From the NCBI RefSeq assembly GCF_006345805.1, contig NC_043015.1, positions 37,076,001 to 37,140,000 on the forward strand: a DNA stretch of 64,000 nt, given 5' to 3'. Below the pieces are notes generated by a model. It worked only from the letters and a program-made list of their open reading frames with translations, had not been told where the DNA came from and did no database searches. This document shows positions 1-13,135 of the stretch, piece by piece. Numbering within the stretch: position 1 is the stretch's first letter; every line of letters begins with the position of its first letter. The DNA is from Octopus sinensis. Taxonomy: Eukaryota. The translations under genes were made by a program, and so were the position numbers.

Positions 1-1595
1 AATCCAGGGTTTTACAGATTACCAGTGAATATATTGTGCAGCTCTATCGTGCCTGTTGAGATACTCTGTAGGCGCTAGAAGACTGCACTTGGAGACCACA
101 TGGTCAATGGTTTCATTTTGTTGCTTGCATACACGACACGTTGGACTGCTTCTGATCTTTAATATGTTGGCCTGGTAGTTTCTTGTTGGTAGGCATTGAT
201 CTGAGCTGCTATGATAAACCCCTCTGTTTCAGATTTTAAGCCAGAGGCCATTAGCCATTGATGGGTCAGGGCTTTGTCGATATCTGCATTATTCGCTCTC
301 TTTGGGTATTTGCCATAGAGAGGTTTTTCTTGCCATTTATTATTCAGAATATCTAAGGCCGCAGTTTTGGCACGGGTTTTCATGCGCCTAGCTTTTTCTG
401 TGCTTGTTTCTTGTATGTCTATCTCTAATTCCGAAATTGGTTGTATTCGGAATTCACTTAGATATTCCTTTGCCTGTTTTGTGACTGAGTATGATGCTTT
501 CTTGTTTTCATGTTTTGAGACAAGTTTTAACATCCAGTCCTCAGAGTTTTTCAGGTAGGTGTCTAGGCCAATTGTAGCAATCTTCATTGTTATTGCCAGT
601 TGCAAAAGACCACGGCCTCCCTCTTTCTTGGCAGATAGAGTCGTTCTGTATCTGCCTTAGGGTGGTGCATTCTATGCATTGTCAACAGTTTCCTTATTTT
701 TCTGTCGAGCTGACATATTTCAGTAATTGACCAGTTAACAATATTGAAACTGTAAGTCACGACTGGTATAGCTAATGCATTGATTGCTTCGATCCTGTTT
801 CTTGCATTCAGCTCTGTCTTGAGTATTGCTCTCACTCTTCGATAGCATTCTCTCCTGATCCTTTCCTTCATCTCTGAATGCCTTATTCCGTTCCCTTCAA
901 TTACCCCTAGGTACTTGTAGCTCTCCGCTGGGTCTAGTTCTTTTATGACATTCTGTTGGTCAAGGTTAACGTTAGATGTTCTGTCATTTTTCCTTTGATA
1001 AAGGTAGTATTGCCTGCACATTTATCGAGGCCGAATTGCATTCTGATGTCGTCACTGAATTGTTTGACTATCGCTAGTAAGCCCTTGAGTTGTTGATCAT
1101 TTTTTGCAAAAAGCTTTAAATCATCCATGTAAACGAGATGATTATATTTTTATCAACATTTTATACCCGTACTGCGCGTCATTGAGCAGCTTTGAGAGAG
1201 GTATTAAGGATAAAACAAAAGAGGAGTGGTGACAGTGAGTCACCCTGGAAAATGCCACACGAAATTTTTACATCACCAGCATTTAGGGATTCACTCTCAC
1301 TGTTCAGAGTTAGTGTGGTTCTCCATGATCTCATACTTACAGTCAAGAAGTTTCGCAGAGTTGGTGCTATCTTATACATTTCAAGGCATTTCCTAATCCA
1401 GCTATGTGGTAGGCTATCAAAAGCCTTTTTATAGTCTATCCAGGCTATTGATAAGTTTTTGTGTCGTTTGTGACAATCTTCTAAGATCATCTTATTGATG
1501 AGTAGTTGGTCTTTACAGCCGTAGGATCCACGTTTACATCCTTTCTGTTCATTAGGGAATATGCTGCTGTCTGTTTAAAAAAACTATAGGATATT
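1..1595 (-). mobile_element. RLE-type non-LTR retrotransposon (R4/Dong-like), 5'-truncated and frameshifted; RT and CCHC zinc knuckle; runs off the left edge
   Basis: Successive minus-strand frames give [55 protein letters not shown], (Y)MDDLKLFAK, YKYLGV, then CRVCKQQNETIDHVVSKC and RHDRAAQYIHW at 1-160. The 5' end abuts a (TAA)n array. Confidence 0.88.
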
Positions 1596-1597
1596 TT

Positions 1598-1860
1598 TAT
1601 TATTATTATTATATTATTATTATTATTATTTTATTATTATTATTATTATTATTGTATTTTATTATTATTACTATTATTATTATTATTATTATATATTTTA
1701 TTACTATTATTATTATTATTATTATTATTACTATTATTATATTATTATCATTATTATTATTTTATTATATTATTTATATATTATTATTCATTATATTATT
1801 ATTATTATTATTATTACTATTATTATTTTATTATTATTAAAATTATATATTATTATTATT

Positions 1861-1893
<33 letters not shown>

Positions 1894-1915
1894 TTAATAT
1901 TATTATTATTTACTA

Positions 1916-1950
<35 letters not shown>

Positions 1951-2179
1951 TATTATTATTATTATTATTATTAATATATTATTACTATAATATTTTATTA
2001 TTATTATAATATTATTATTATTATTATTATTGTTATTACTATTATATATTATATTATTATTAATATTATTATTATTATTATTATTATATACTATATTATT
2101 ATTATTATTATTATTATTACTATTATTATTATTATCATTATCATTATTATTATTGTCATTATTATTATTATTATTACTA

Positions 2180-2210
<31 letters not shown>

Positions 2211-2315
2211 TATTATTATTATTATTATATTATTATTAATATCATTATTATTATTATTATTGTTATCATTATTATTATTATTATTATTAATATCATTATT
2301 ATTATTATTATTATA

Positions 2316-2351
<36 letters not shown>

Positions 2352-2396
2352 TAGTATTATTATTATTATTAATATCATTATTATTATTATATTATT
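1598..2396. repeat. Long degenerate (TTA)n/(TAA)n microsatellite between two Dong-like insertions
   Basis: About 800 bp of TTA with scattered TAC/TCA/TAG variants. Confidence 0.97.
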
Positions 2397-2829
2397 TTCA
2401 GTAGTTTATTTTTTTATTTTTATAGCGTGCTTTCACTTCACTACCGAGCGCAGCTCTGTGTGCCTGGGTATGTGCTGTGATTTGTGTGATGCTCTGATGG
2501 TTATTGTATGGAAAGTGTTCTGAGTAGGATGTGTGCAGTGCCTAGTAGTGCAATTTTCTGTATGTTATATGTGTTGTAAGTCCTGGTGTTTTTGTTATGT
2601 ATTTGTCTGAATATTTTTTTATCATGCCTAATGCACCTACTATGATAGGAATTGTTTCTGTTTTCAGATTCCATATTCTAGTTACCTCTATTTCCAGGTC
2701 TTTGTATTTTGAGAGTTTCTCCATTTCTTTTAGAGACACGTTGTCATCTGCCGGTACTGATACATCAATTAGAAAGCATTTTTTTTCTTCATGGTCTCTG
2801 ACAACTATATCTGGTCTGTTGGCCTTAAT
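2397..2829 (-). mobile_element. R4/Dong-like LINE 3' fragment: restriction-like endonuclease domain plus 3' UTR
   Basis: Minus strand reads IKANRPDIVVRDHEEKKCFLIDVSVPADDNVSLKEMEKLSKYKDLEIEVTRIWNLKTETIPIIVGALG (PD..D..K motif), then a UTR of about 100 nt. (TAA)n lies on both sides. Confidence 0.88.
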
Positions 2830-2854
2830 ATTATTATTATTATTAATATCATTA

Positions 2855-2886
<32 letters not shown>

Positions 2887-3070
2887 ATTATTATTATTAT
2901 TATTATTAATATCATTATTATTATTATTATTATTAATATCATTATTATTATTATTATTATTATTATATTATTATTATTATTATTATTACTATTATTATTA
3001 TTATTATTATATTATTAATATCATATATTATTATTATTATTATTATTATATTATTATTATTATTATTATT
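2830..3070. repeat. (TTA)n microsatellite
   Basis: Direct reading; a further TTA/TCA tract lies at about 3320-3430. Confidence 0.95.
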
Positions 3071-3332
3071 ATCATATTACCATCGCACTTTTGTTTTTAA
3101 ATAATTACACTTATTATTTCTATTCTTGTCCTTATTAATATTTTCATATCCATCATCATCACTGTCATCGTTTATATTATTGAAAGATTCTCATTAGTGT
3201 TGTGATAGGTGTTACTATATTTGGGGTTGTTCGTATTTTATCATCGTCAGCATAATCATAATCATGATCGTCGCCGTCGTCGTCGTTGTCGTCATTATAA
3301 TTAAATAAAAGAAATTATTATTATCAATATTA

Positions 3333-3370
<38 letters not shown>

Positions 3371-3751
3371 TATTATATTATTATTATTATCATCATCATC
3401 ATCATCATCATCATCATTCTTATTATTATTACTGTATTGTTCTTTTAGCTATGCAATATTCTAGCTGTTGTTTCTCTTTATTTTTGTTGTTGATATTGTT
3501 GTTATTATGGTTATTAGTATTAGTAAAGGCAGTAATATTAATAATAGTATATTTTATTTAGTTTTCTGAAATTTCATTTCTACATTTTATTAATTTTTAA
3601 AGTGTGAAATTACACCCAGCTGAGTGATATATTCGCATATTCATTTCAAATTTATTTATTGCTTAAGAAATAAATTACTTTTGCTGCCTTCCAATTTCCG
3701 CGTATTTATAACCTCATGTGTGTGTGTGCGTGTGTGAGTGTGTTTATGCAT

Positions 3752-3782
<31 letters not shown>

Positions 3783-3859
3783 CATGTATATGCATAAATA
3801 CATATATATATATGTATATATATAAATACATATATATGTGCATATACATAAAACATACA

Positions 3860-3892
<33 letters not shown>

Positions 3893-4569
3893 GTGTACAT
3901 ATGTATGGACACACACACATATATATATACATAAATATATATATATATGTTTTTAGATTTGCTTATATCTGTGTTTGCCTATATCACTTAATATGCACGA
4001 ATGCGTTATATTCTCCAAAAGCGTTGTGTAAATATATATTTTATGTGTATATGTCTATATTCGTGCAACTGTGTACGTATTAGTGTACTTTAAAGATCCT
4101 CGCTTAATCCTTCATAGAATCACGGGTTGCATCTTAACATAAGTTATATCGCATTAAATCATGTAGTTCTGCTCTGCATCTTTTCTTACAATTTATAACC
4201 ATTCCTCTGCATTCAGTCTTGAAGCTTATAACTACCGCCTTATGTTCGTTCGTGTATTTCCTATATGCGTTTAGAAGAGGCATCTAATATATAATTGTTA
4301 ATGAAACAGTGCCTTGCTGATGCCCAATAAAAAAAATCCGATGCGCCGCCTTCCGCTTTACTATTAGCTTTCGTACCTCAGTGGACGCTAAATAATTTTT
4401 CCCGTCAATCACCAAACTTAGAATCCTCACTTTATTTTATTTCGGAGCACCAGATTAGCTGCTGGTTTCTCTGGGCATGGTCCTACTGGTGGAGTTCGAA
4501 AATTGATTAAGATGGGGCATCAGTTTTTTGTTTATATTTTTTTCAGTCTACGGAGAAATAGTAAAATTC

Positions 4570-4822
4570 CCTAAATGCCTGAGAGACTTACATGATGTTG
4601 ATGTGGGTTTCTTTAAAACTAAACTGGATCTCTTCTTGTCGGGGGTCCCAGATGAACCTACCTCACGACAGGAGACACAGATGCGGGCAGCGGCATCGAA
4701 CTCCCTTGTTGATCAAGTGCCACATATCAGAGGTGGATTCACATATTAGTATAGCTCATTCAGCGGTGGTGCCCCAGCATGGCCGCGGCCTTCGAGCTAA
4801 AACATTTTTAAGGATTTAAGGA
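4570..4822 (+). mobile_element. CR1-type LINE 3' end (C-terminus and 3' UTR)
   Basis: PKCLRDLHDVDVGFFKTKLDLFLSGVPDEP resembles the CR1 ORF2 C-terminus. The 3' UTR contains GGTGCCCCAGCATGGCCGC and ends in a TTTAAGGA tandem tail. Confidence 0.75.
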
Positions 4823-5349
4823 TTCATCTGCTTAGTTATGTATTACACAGGTTACATTTATTAGAGCGTATCTTCATAGAATGTGCACGAAGAGACTCGT
4901 TGACACACCCCTGATATTAACTAAGCGGTAAATATTTATACAAATTGCTGGCACTCGTTATCTGAAAGAATTGGATTTGTTGAGTATATAAACAAATTGA
5001 TTCCCTGATTCTCGGGAATTTGTAAAACAATGTAGAAATCTCCGATGCGAATCTGACAAGCTTCTAAGATCCATTATGTTTGTTCATCCTTTTTCTCCAT
5101 TCTACAATTTAAATTTGCTCTCTTTATATATTTACTACATAGGCTGCGTGTAATTGTCACAGTTAGACGACGTGTCTCTGATGACATTTCATAGAACTTT
5201 AATATGTTAGTGTCCATTTTACTATGATACCTTTCTCCCTAATGGGACTTTGTGTATATTTTCCAGGCTATCTTGCAATGTCTAACGCCACTATATGACC
5301 AGTCGTAAGTGTCCTATATACTTCTAGAATACATCTTTTACCCATTTGG

Positions 5350-5470
5350 ACATTCGTTGGACAGTCGTGATTCTGTATCATGAACGGGAACGTAGAGCGG
5401 CAGTCTTTTTTTCAGCTTTAATAATAAAGCATATTACTCTACATCCGGTATTCAAGTACTAATATTTCCC
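5350..5470 (+). repeat. Decayed paralog of the hammerhead-bearing repeat at 28880-28960 (GAAACTC deleted)
   Basis: CTGT-ATCATGA-ACG-GGAA-CGT-AGAGCGGCAG...TTCAGCTTTAATAATAAAGCATATT aligns by eye with minus-strand CTGT-CTGATGA-ACG-GCAA-CGA-GAAACTC-AGAGTAACAG...TTCTGCTGCTTAAAATAAAGTATAT. Confidence 0.6.
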
Positions 5471-5523
5471 AACTTCTTTCACATTTCTGTCCTTACACAT
5501 TTCTGTCCTTACCCTATACATAT

Positions 5524-5561
<38 letters not shown>

Positions 5562-5579
5562 ACACACAACACACACACA

Positions 5580-5613
<34 letters not shown>

Positions 5614-5890
5614 GTGTGTGTGTGTGTCGATGTGTGTATATATATATATATGAACATATATATCAATTAACCATAGTAAAAATAACATTAAGACGAGACT
5701 GTGTTAACTATATATGACTCATATACTATTCCATGCAAATTCACAAAAATTCGAAACAAAACACACACACACACACGCACACACACACACACATATACAT
5801 GTATGTATGTTTTTCTTTTATATGCAGTTATACTAAAAGAGAATTTGCTGAGTACAAATTTATTTTTGAGTATATAGACATTGGGAAAAT

Positions 5891-5896
5891 ATAGAC

Positions 5897-5985
<89 letters not shown>

Positions 5986-5986
5986 T

Positions 5987-6073
<87 letters not shown>
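5891..6073. repeat. (GATA)n tetranucleotide microsatellite
   Basis: Direct reading; similar tracts at about 34185-34325 and 55068-55132. Confidence 0.97.
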
Positions 6074-6685
6074 CTTATGAGATCATGAGTTAGACTACGA
6101 ACCGAATCACTTTGATATTTTTCATTTGTGCACAACCTTACTTAAAACATAGCAAATAGCCTAAATCGTTTGTTTTTGGCCAATGGGAAAGAGAGATGGG
6201 CGAAACCTCTCAACCGGTGTCATACGATTCTTTGATCAATGTCACAATATGACGAAATGTCACAGTCATAGCTACATCTGTGGTTTTATTTGTTTAATTA
6301 TTCCATTATTTCTTTATTCATGCGCATCACCGAACTCCTCGGCACCGTACGATGTTTACGTTGAGTTATTCCTGCAATAATGAAACGGCGCAAAACACCA
6401 GCAAAACACCACAAATGTCCAATGCACGCACACGCTCTCACGCGCATGCGCCTAGCGTGGTGTGTTCGTTTGTGCAGTGAAATCATGCAACGAAAACAAA
6501 ATAGTTTTTTAATGGTATTTACCATCGGTTCCAGTGTGTTGACTTCCATTTTTTCCCTTTTATGTTTTATGTTTTGCCTCTTTTCGCCTCCTACCTCATG
6601 AAACATGTTATGTGTTTCATCTGAGTTTAACATGATCTGCTTCGTGCACATTCGCTTTCACACGTGTGTATACATATGATGTAAC

Positions 6686-6727
6686 GATGATGAGGATGTT
6701 GATGATGATGACGATGATGATGATGAT

Positions 6728-6763
<36 letters not shown>

Positions 6764-6766
6764 AAA

Positions 6767-6814
<48 letters not shown>

Positions 6815-6975
6815 GATGATGACGATGACGACGATGACGATGATGTCGACAACGATGAAGATGGTGATGGTGATGACGATGGTGATAATGATGATGATGA
6901 TGGTGATGATGACGATGATGACGACGATGATGATGATGTCAACAACGATGAAGATGGTGATGGTGATGACGATGG

Positions 6976-7011
<36 letters not shown>

Positions 7012-7073
7012 CGACGATGACAATGATGTCGACAACGATGAAGATGGTGATGGTGATGACGATGGTGATGATG

Positions 7074-7105
<32 letters not shown>

Positions 7106-7200
7106 GTCGACAACGATGAAGATAGTGATGGTGATGACGACGGGGATGATGATGATGATGATGATGATGATGAGGATGTTTACGAGTGTCAACGATGATG
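6686..7200. repeat. (GAT)n microsatellite with a higher-order cassette repeated four times
   Basis: The cassette GTCRACAACGATGAAGATRGTGATGGTGATGACGA starts at 6845, 6938, 7028 and 7106. Confidence 0.9.
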
Positions 7201-7569
7201 ATCATTGAATATTTTTATCGTCTTATTTATTTATTTGTTTGTTTATGTATCCATGTATATGTTAATGTTCTTGCTCGCAAATTTTTTCCTGATATTTTTC
7301 CTCTAATTTCGCTTTCGCAATATCACCATAATTGCAAGAATAGAACATACACACATATTTCCACGAGCATACACATACACACACTCACACATCTGTCCAC
7401 ACATACATATAATATAAGGCAAACATACAGTAACCCAGAGCAACATGGACACCCTGCCACAAGTCGAATCTCTTATACACTTCTCCAATACAGACGTTCT
7501 CTAACAAATACACAGGTACTCAGTATCACTTAAATACTACCCTCAAGTGTACTATGTATATACATATAT

Positions 7570-7612
<43 letters not shown>

Positions 7613-7711
7613 AATCACGTGACCGACCAGGCTATCAGATGTTGCTGGTCACAATGCGCTTCGCATTGTTTTAGCCTTCAAATGACGCCACCCCGCTGGC
7701 TAAGTGAGCAG

Positions 7712-7747
<36 letters not shown>

Positions 7748-8119
7748 TATATATATATATATATATCATTGTACAAACACACTCGCACGCGCGCAGAACG
7801 GAACACACACATACAAAGGGATATGTAAGGGAAAATATTGCTCAGAAATACATATTCATTGTGTGTGTGTGTGTGTGTGTGTGTAGGTGCGTGTACGCAT
7901 ATATGCATACATATATAGAAGCATATAAAAGTGCATAATATACATACTTGCATGCATACATAAATACATAGATACAGAAGTGTTTATATAGAAACAAATA
8001 TGTATATATGTATGTATGCATGGATACATATGTATGTATGTATATATATATATAATATAAAATAAATAATATATAAATATATGCATATATACATACATAT
8101 GTGTACATACCTACATATA

Positions 8120-8300
8120 TATTCTTTTCTACTCTAGGCGCAAGGCCCGACATTTGGGGGTGGGGTGTCGGCCAGTCGATTAGTTCGACCCCAGTATGCA
8201 GCTGGTACTTGATTTATCGATCGTGAAAGTATGAAAGGCAAAGTTCACCTCGGTGGAATTTGAACTCAGAACGTAAAGTCAGATGAAATAATCACCAAAG
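8120..8300 (-). mobile_element. SINE family 2 fragment
   Basis: Minus strand ACGTTCTGAGTTCAAATTCCACCGAGGTGAACTTTGCCTTTCAT..GATAAATCAAGTACCAG..CTGGGGTCGA, shared with copies at about 12935, 33556, 44644, 52075 and 52480. Confidence 0.75.
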
Positions 8301-8530
8301 TATATTGAAATATGTAACTACTATTAAAATATTAATGACATAAAATGACTTTTATAAATATCACCGTTTCTGATGTGTATGTTCGTCTTAGCAAATATTA
8401 AAATTTCAATCTCAAAACTTAGAAAAAAAATGGAAATTAAAAACCGTTTGTTCTCATGTTTTGTGCGTAGTTAAGAACCTGTTTGAAATTTTATCCTAAA
8501 TTTTTATCTTAAAGCATCTTCCTATATATA

Positions 8531-8659
8531 TGGTGTATGTAGTGGTCTGGAATGGCGTTGAAGGGGTCAGATGTCAGGAATTCAATGGGAGACAAAAGAA
8601 TTCTTTTGAATTGAATAGCAAGTTTCTATTCAAGCTATGGTCAGCTTTGAGTGCATGTG

Positions 8660-8690
<31 letters not shown>

Positions 8691-9161
8691 TGTGTGTGTG
8701 TGCGTGCGTGCGCTTGTATTTGTGTCTGTTTGTGTGTGTGCGTGTGTGTGTGTGCGCGTGTATCTGTGTGTGAACGTGTGTATGCGTGTATGTGTGTGTG
8801 CACGTGTGTATATGCAGCTGACTATATTCTGAATAAATAAATAAAGAAAGAATGTTTTGAGACAAAATTAATTCCTTCCATAAAGCAGCATACTCCAAAA
8901 AAAACAAAAAAACACACAAAGACAATATACACCAAAAAGTGAAAGTAAAGCAATTTCTTCGAAACCATTTCAGACCATCTTTTATTCACTTCGAACACAA
9001 TACGCCCGCGCGCACACATATGCAAACACACACCTCACTCGCAGTTGACTATATTCTGAACAGAAAATTTCTATTCAATTCAAAAGAATTTTTTCAATTC
9101 AATAGAATTCCTGACATTTGACCCTTTGTACGCCGTTCCAGACAGACCCCTACATAGACCA
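8531..9161. mobile_element. MITE/foldback-like element with ~120-bp imperfect terminal inverted repeats
   Basis: 8531-8650 (TGGTGTATGTAGTGGTC..ATGTCAGGAATTC..AATTCTTTTGAATTGAATAG) matches the reverse complement of 9035-9161 (TGGTCTATGTAGGGGTC..ATGTCAGGAATTC..AATTCTTTTGAATTGAATAG). Confidence 0.7.
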
Positions 9162-9531
9162 CAAATGAGAGACTTTAAGATAAAATTTCAAACGTGTTCT
9201 TAACTAAAAACAAAATATGCGGACAAACAGTTTTTAATGTCCAATTTGTTATTTCCTAATTTTTGAGTTTGAATTATTAATATTTGATCAGATGGACTGA
9301 CACATCGAAAGCGACGATATTTTGTAAGTCACTTAATATAACAAAATTATGAGTCACTTAATATAACAAATATTACAAAAATCTTGAAACATACTTTCGT
9401 GCTGTTTGCTTTTAATTTACATTTATAACCTTTCATTTCAATGGATTCTTAAATACATTTTAACACATGTACACACACACGCTCACACACATGCATATAT
9501 ATATATATATATTATATATATATATATATAT

Positions 9532-9580
<49 letters not shown>

Positions 9581-12500
9581 TGTGTGTGTGTGTGTGTGTG
9601 TGTATGGTTTACACATCTAATACAGGTAGAATCAACAAAAGTGTACTCCATCAAATGAGAAATAAATATCAATTTAAATACACAACCTCAAGGAGGTTAT
9701 CAAACTCAACAAGACGTCCTCTTTGAACTTCATCTTGAAGGCTAAAATCTCCACTTCTCACGTTCGCAAACCATCTTCTACAAGTTCTTTCATTCAATCA
9801 TTCTTTGCCATAAACTGAGTATATGTTTCGAGTCGCTTCAGCTGCAGAGTTTCCTTTTTTGTACACATAAAGCATTATGTGGCTTTGGATACTTCCATGT
9901 TAGAAAGGGTTTTAATCAGAGAAATTTTAATTCTATTATTCTGTAAAATAATATTTAATTAGTTTAATTGTACACAAATGCATAAAATAATTTTTAATTG
10001 CATTAGACATTCTAAAATACTATTGTTTCATTCAATTTTAAAAAAAATAGATAAAATTGGACAGAACTTGTTGGATGACGTGTACGCGTATGTACATGCA
10101 AGGACGTTCAACGTTTGGCTTCTGGTTAGCTCTAGTGTAGTACATACGAAGACTAAACTTTATCCAGCCATGTGAACCAGATATATTTTTTGCACTGATG
10201 AGCCAAACGTCCATTTAGCATTGCAATGTGTCTTTCATTCTAGAAATGACCGTGTTTCCTTCAGGGTAAATGTGGATATCATTTCTTGCAGATATTGCTG
10301 TCCAAGTGTCATAACAATCTCTAATTAGCAACTCCATGTTTGCTGCCGCTTGAACATTTTCAAAAAAATTACAGAAGATGTGGAAATAAATTTAGAACTA
10401 ACGACTATGTTAATGTATTTTTGAAGTGAAGCGCACTGTTTGCAAATTCTGGTTATATAATTCTACGCAATTAAAAAGATGTGCTGATGCAATAACTTGA
10501 AACCATTAAGAACAGAATTCATATACATATATGTGTGTAATTTGTGTACAACCGTTGTATATATGTTATATATATACATATGCACACACACACACACAAA
10601 CACATATATATATATACATATATATATATATAAACATATATATATATACATATACATATATATATATACGTATGCAAATTTGATCTTAGGTACACATATA
10701 CGTTTAAATATATTCATTTGAAAGGGTGTTTGTTTAAGACATGTGGTGATGTTCTTATGCATATATATTTATATATAAATATATATATGTATATATTCAT
10801 AAAAGAAATATATATATATATATATGTATGAGGGTAGGTGTCTGTGGGTATGGATGTGAGTATGGCTGTGCATACAAGTGTAAGTATATATACATATATG
10901 TATATATATATATATATATATGTATCAATATATATAATTGTGGGAACTACGTAATTATCTATGTGCATATATGTGAATGACTACATGCGTGTATGTAAAA
11001 ATATATGTATGTATGTATATTTCTTATTACCGTTACAAAATTAACAACGTAGTTTGAGGCTAGAATGCCATTTATTTCCCTGCTAAAAAGACACATAGGT
11101 AATACAGTTTACTTATAATCTTTGAAATTACTATATTTTTGCTTACTCATGCAATGAAATGGTTGGCGAGTCGGTTCAAAGTGATGTTGAAAGGGAGAAA
11201 TGGAAGGTAAGGAAATAAAGTACACAAACATAGATATATAGAAATCAAACAGCGAATGGTATATATTTTGAGCTTTTCTATTAATTTGGTTAAATTGGCA
11301 GCTAAACAGAGGGATGTGTAATTTATTAGCTCGAGGATACGTCTCAAATAAATTAGCTACGACACACATACACATATATATGTATATATGTATGAATATA
11401 CACATATAAATATATATACATCTATACATATATATGTGTGCGTATATTTTTATTAACAAATATATATATATATATATGCATTTATATTTATATATCGTAT
11501 ATCAATATATATGTTTACATTTATACAAATTAAATAAATATATATATATATATCATATACATAATATATGCGTATGTATATGTATGTATGCATGTATGTA
11601 TGTATGTATGTATGTATGTATATACGCACGCACACATATAACAGTAAAAGGAATAGAATACACTAATATTGTAGCAGGAAGAAAATTACTGATCCGGTAT
11701 ATGCGTGTGTGTGTGTCTCTATTTATTCGTTCGCTGGGAAGAGACGTAACATTATATATTTGTTTACGTGCAAAAAATATACACACCCACACATATACCC
11801 ACTCAATACCTTCTTGTATAATTATTTAGTTTTCATTATTGGAGCATTAACAACTCTTGTACTACTGGGACTGTGCTTCTCCTGATAACTATGGTGATGC
11901 TGGTGCTGGTCATGGTTCCCGAAAGTGTGGAGGTAGTAACGGTGCTGGTGTTCTTTGAAGAACTTGTTTTTGTTCTTGGCTGTGTTTAACCACAATTCAT
12001 CCTTGACGAAACAGTTTCATGATTTAAATTCCTTCCGACCGTCCGCTTCCTTCATTACAGTTTAGTGCTCATTCTACAAAGCAGCGAACAAAGCACAATT
12101 TTCCCTCATCATTTTAAGAACTCCATGTTGTTCTCATGTCTGCTCTTTTGATGAACGACATATAGACTCTCTTGCTGCTCTTATCCATCTCTGTTCTTTT
12201 GAAATGCACATTGGAAACCATCTGTTATACATTTGAATAATTTACCTCAGGCGTGAATCGAACCTGGCTTCTTGGTTTCATATTAAAAAAAAAGATTAGA
12301 GGTCTCTTTGTACCAATATCAATATTGGTTTCCAGAAGGTTGTCTTTTCATTTTAGTAACTGTATCTCCAACGGTGAAAATCTAACTAGTCTCCCATTTC
12401 TCATATGATACTTAAGAATATATTTTCCTTGTATTCTTTTTAAAGACAGAAATGTTTGGCATGAGGCAAGCTCGGTTGATATATCTAGGCGATTAGGAGA

Positions 12501-12934
12501 CTACCAAGTGTAAAATGGATCGTCGAAAATAAATATGAAGTGGAAAGGAATTGATTATAATAAATTGCAGAGCCAAGCGAGAAACCGACAAGTATTTAGA
12601 CGAAAGCCTATTAAGTTATGCAATAGCCATGAGCAGTCACAGTTGCGATGACTCACTACAGATAAACCTTTCGCTATTCAACATCTCCATTGTTAAGACA
12701 GTAAAAAATAACTCAAGAATATTCGGCCGTTTTTTTACAAATATATTTTCCCACTTTTATATTGGCCACACGTTCTTCTGAGTGACATGATAACAAGAAC
12801 ATAACTGTGGCCTTCGGAGGTACTTTGTCCAAGCAAAGATTCACATTGTAACCCTGCAGGAAAGTACCATTCTGTATTCGCCAAAGTCAAGACAACATCT
12901 CTGCTAAGTAAAGTACAATATGATAATTATATAA

Positions 12935-13135
12935 TCTTCCTTCAAATTTTAGCACAAGGCCAGCAGTTTTCAGAAGGATTAGACGACTATATATAGACTC
13001 AAATACTTCAGTGGTACTTTATTCTATCGACCCCGAATGAAAGAAAGGTAAAACGGAAGGCAACGGGATTTGAATTCAGACAAAATTGGAAGAAATGCTG
13101 CTTTGCACTTTGTCCGACGCGCTAATGATTGTAAT
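12935..13135 (-). mobile_element. SINE family 2, degenerate copy
   Basis: Plus strand AGCACAAGGCCAGCAGTTTT..GGTACTTTATTCTATCGACCCCGAA..GGATTTGAATTCAGA matches the family. Confidence 0.6.

Noticed and set aside
159-1490. ORFs of 148, 143, 61 and 103 aa as separate genes
   Set aside because: They are successive frameshifted pieces of one LINE ORF.
10190-10220. CTGATGAGCC-AAACGTC as a collapsed hammerhead
   Set aside because: Stem II and G12 are missing and there is no stem I pairing.
11900-12300. THAP-domain-like words (RWIRAAR, IVLCSL) on the minus strand
   Set aside because: The motifs are in different frames and the spacing is unconvincing.
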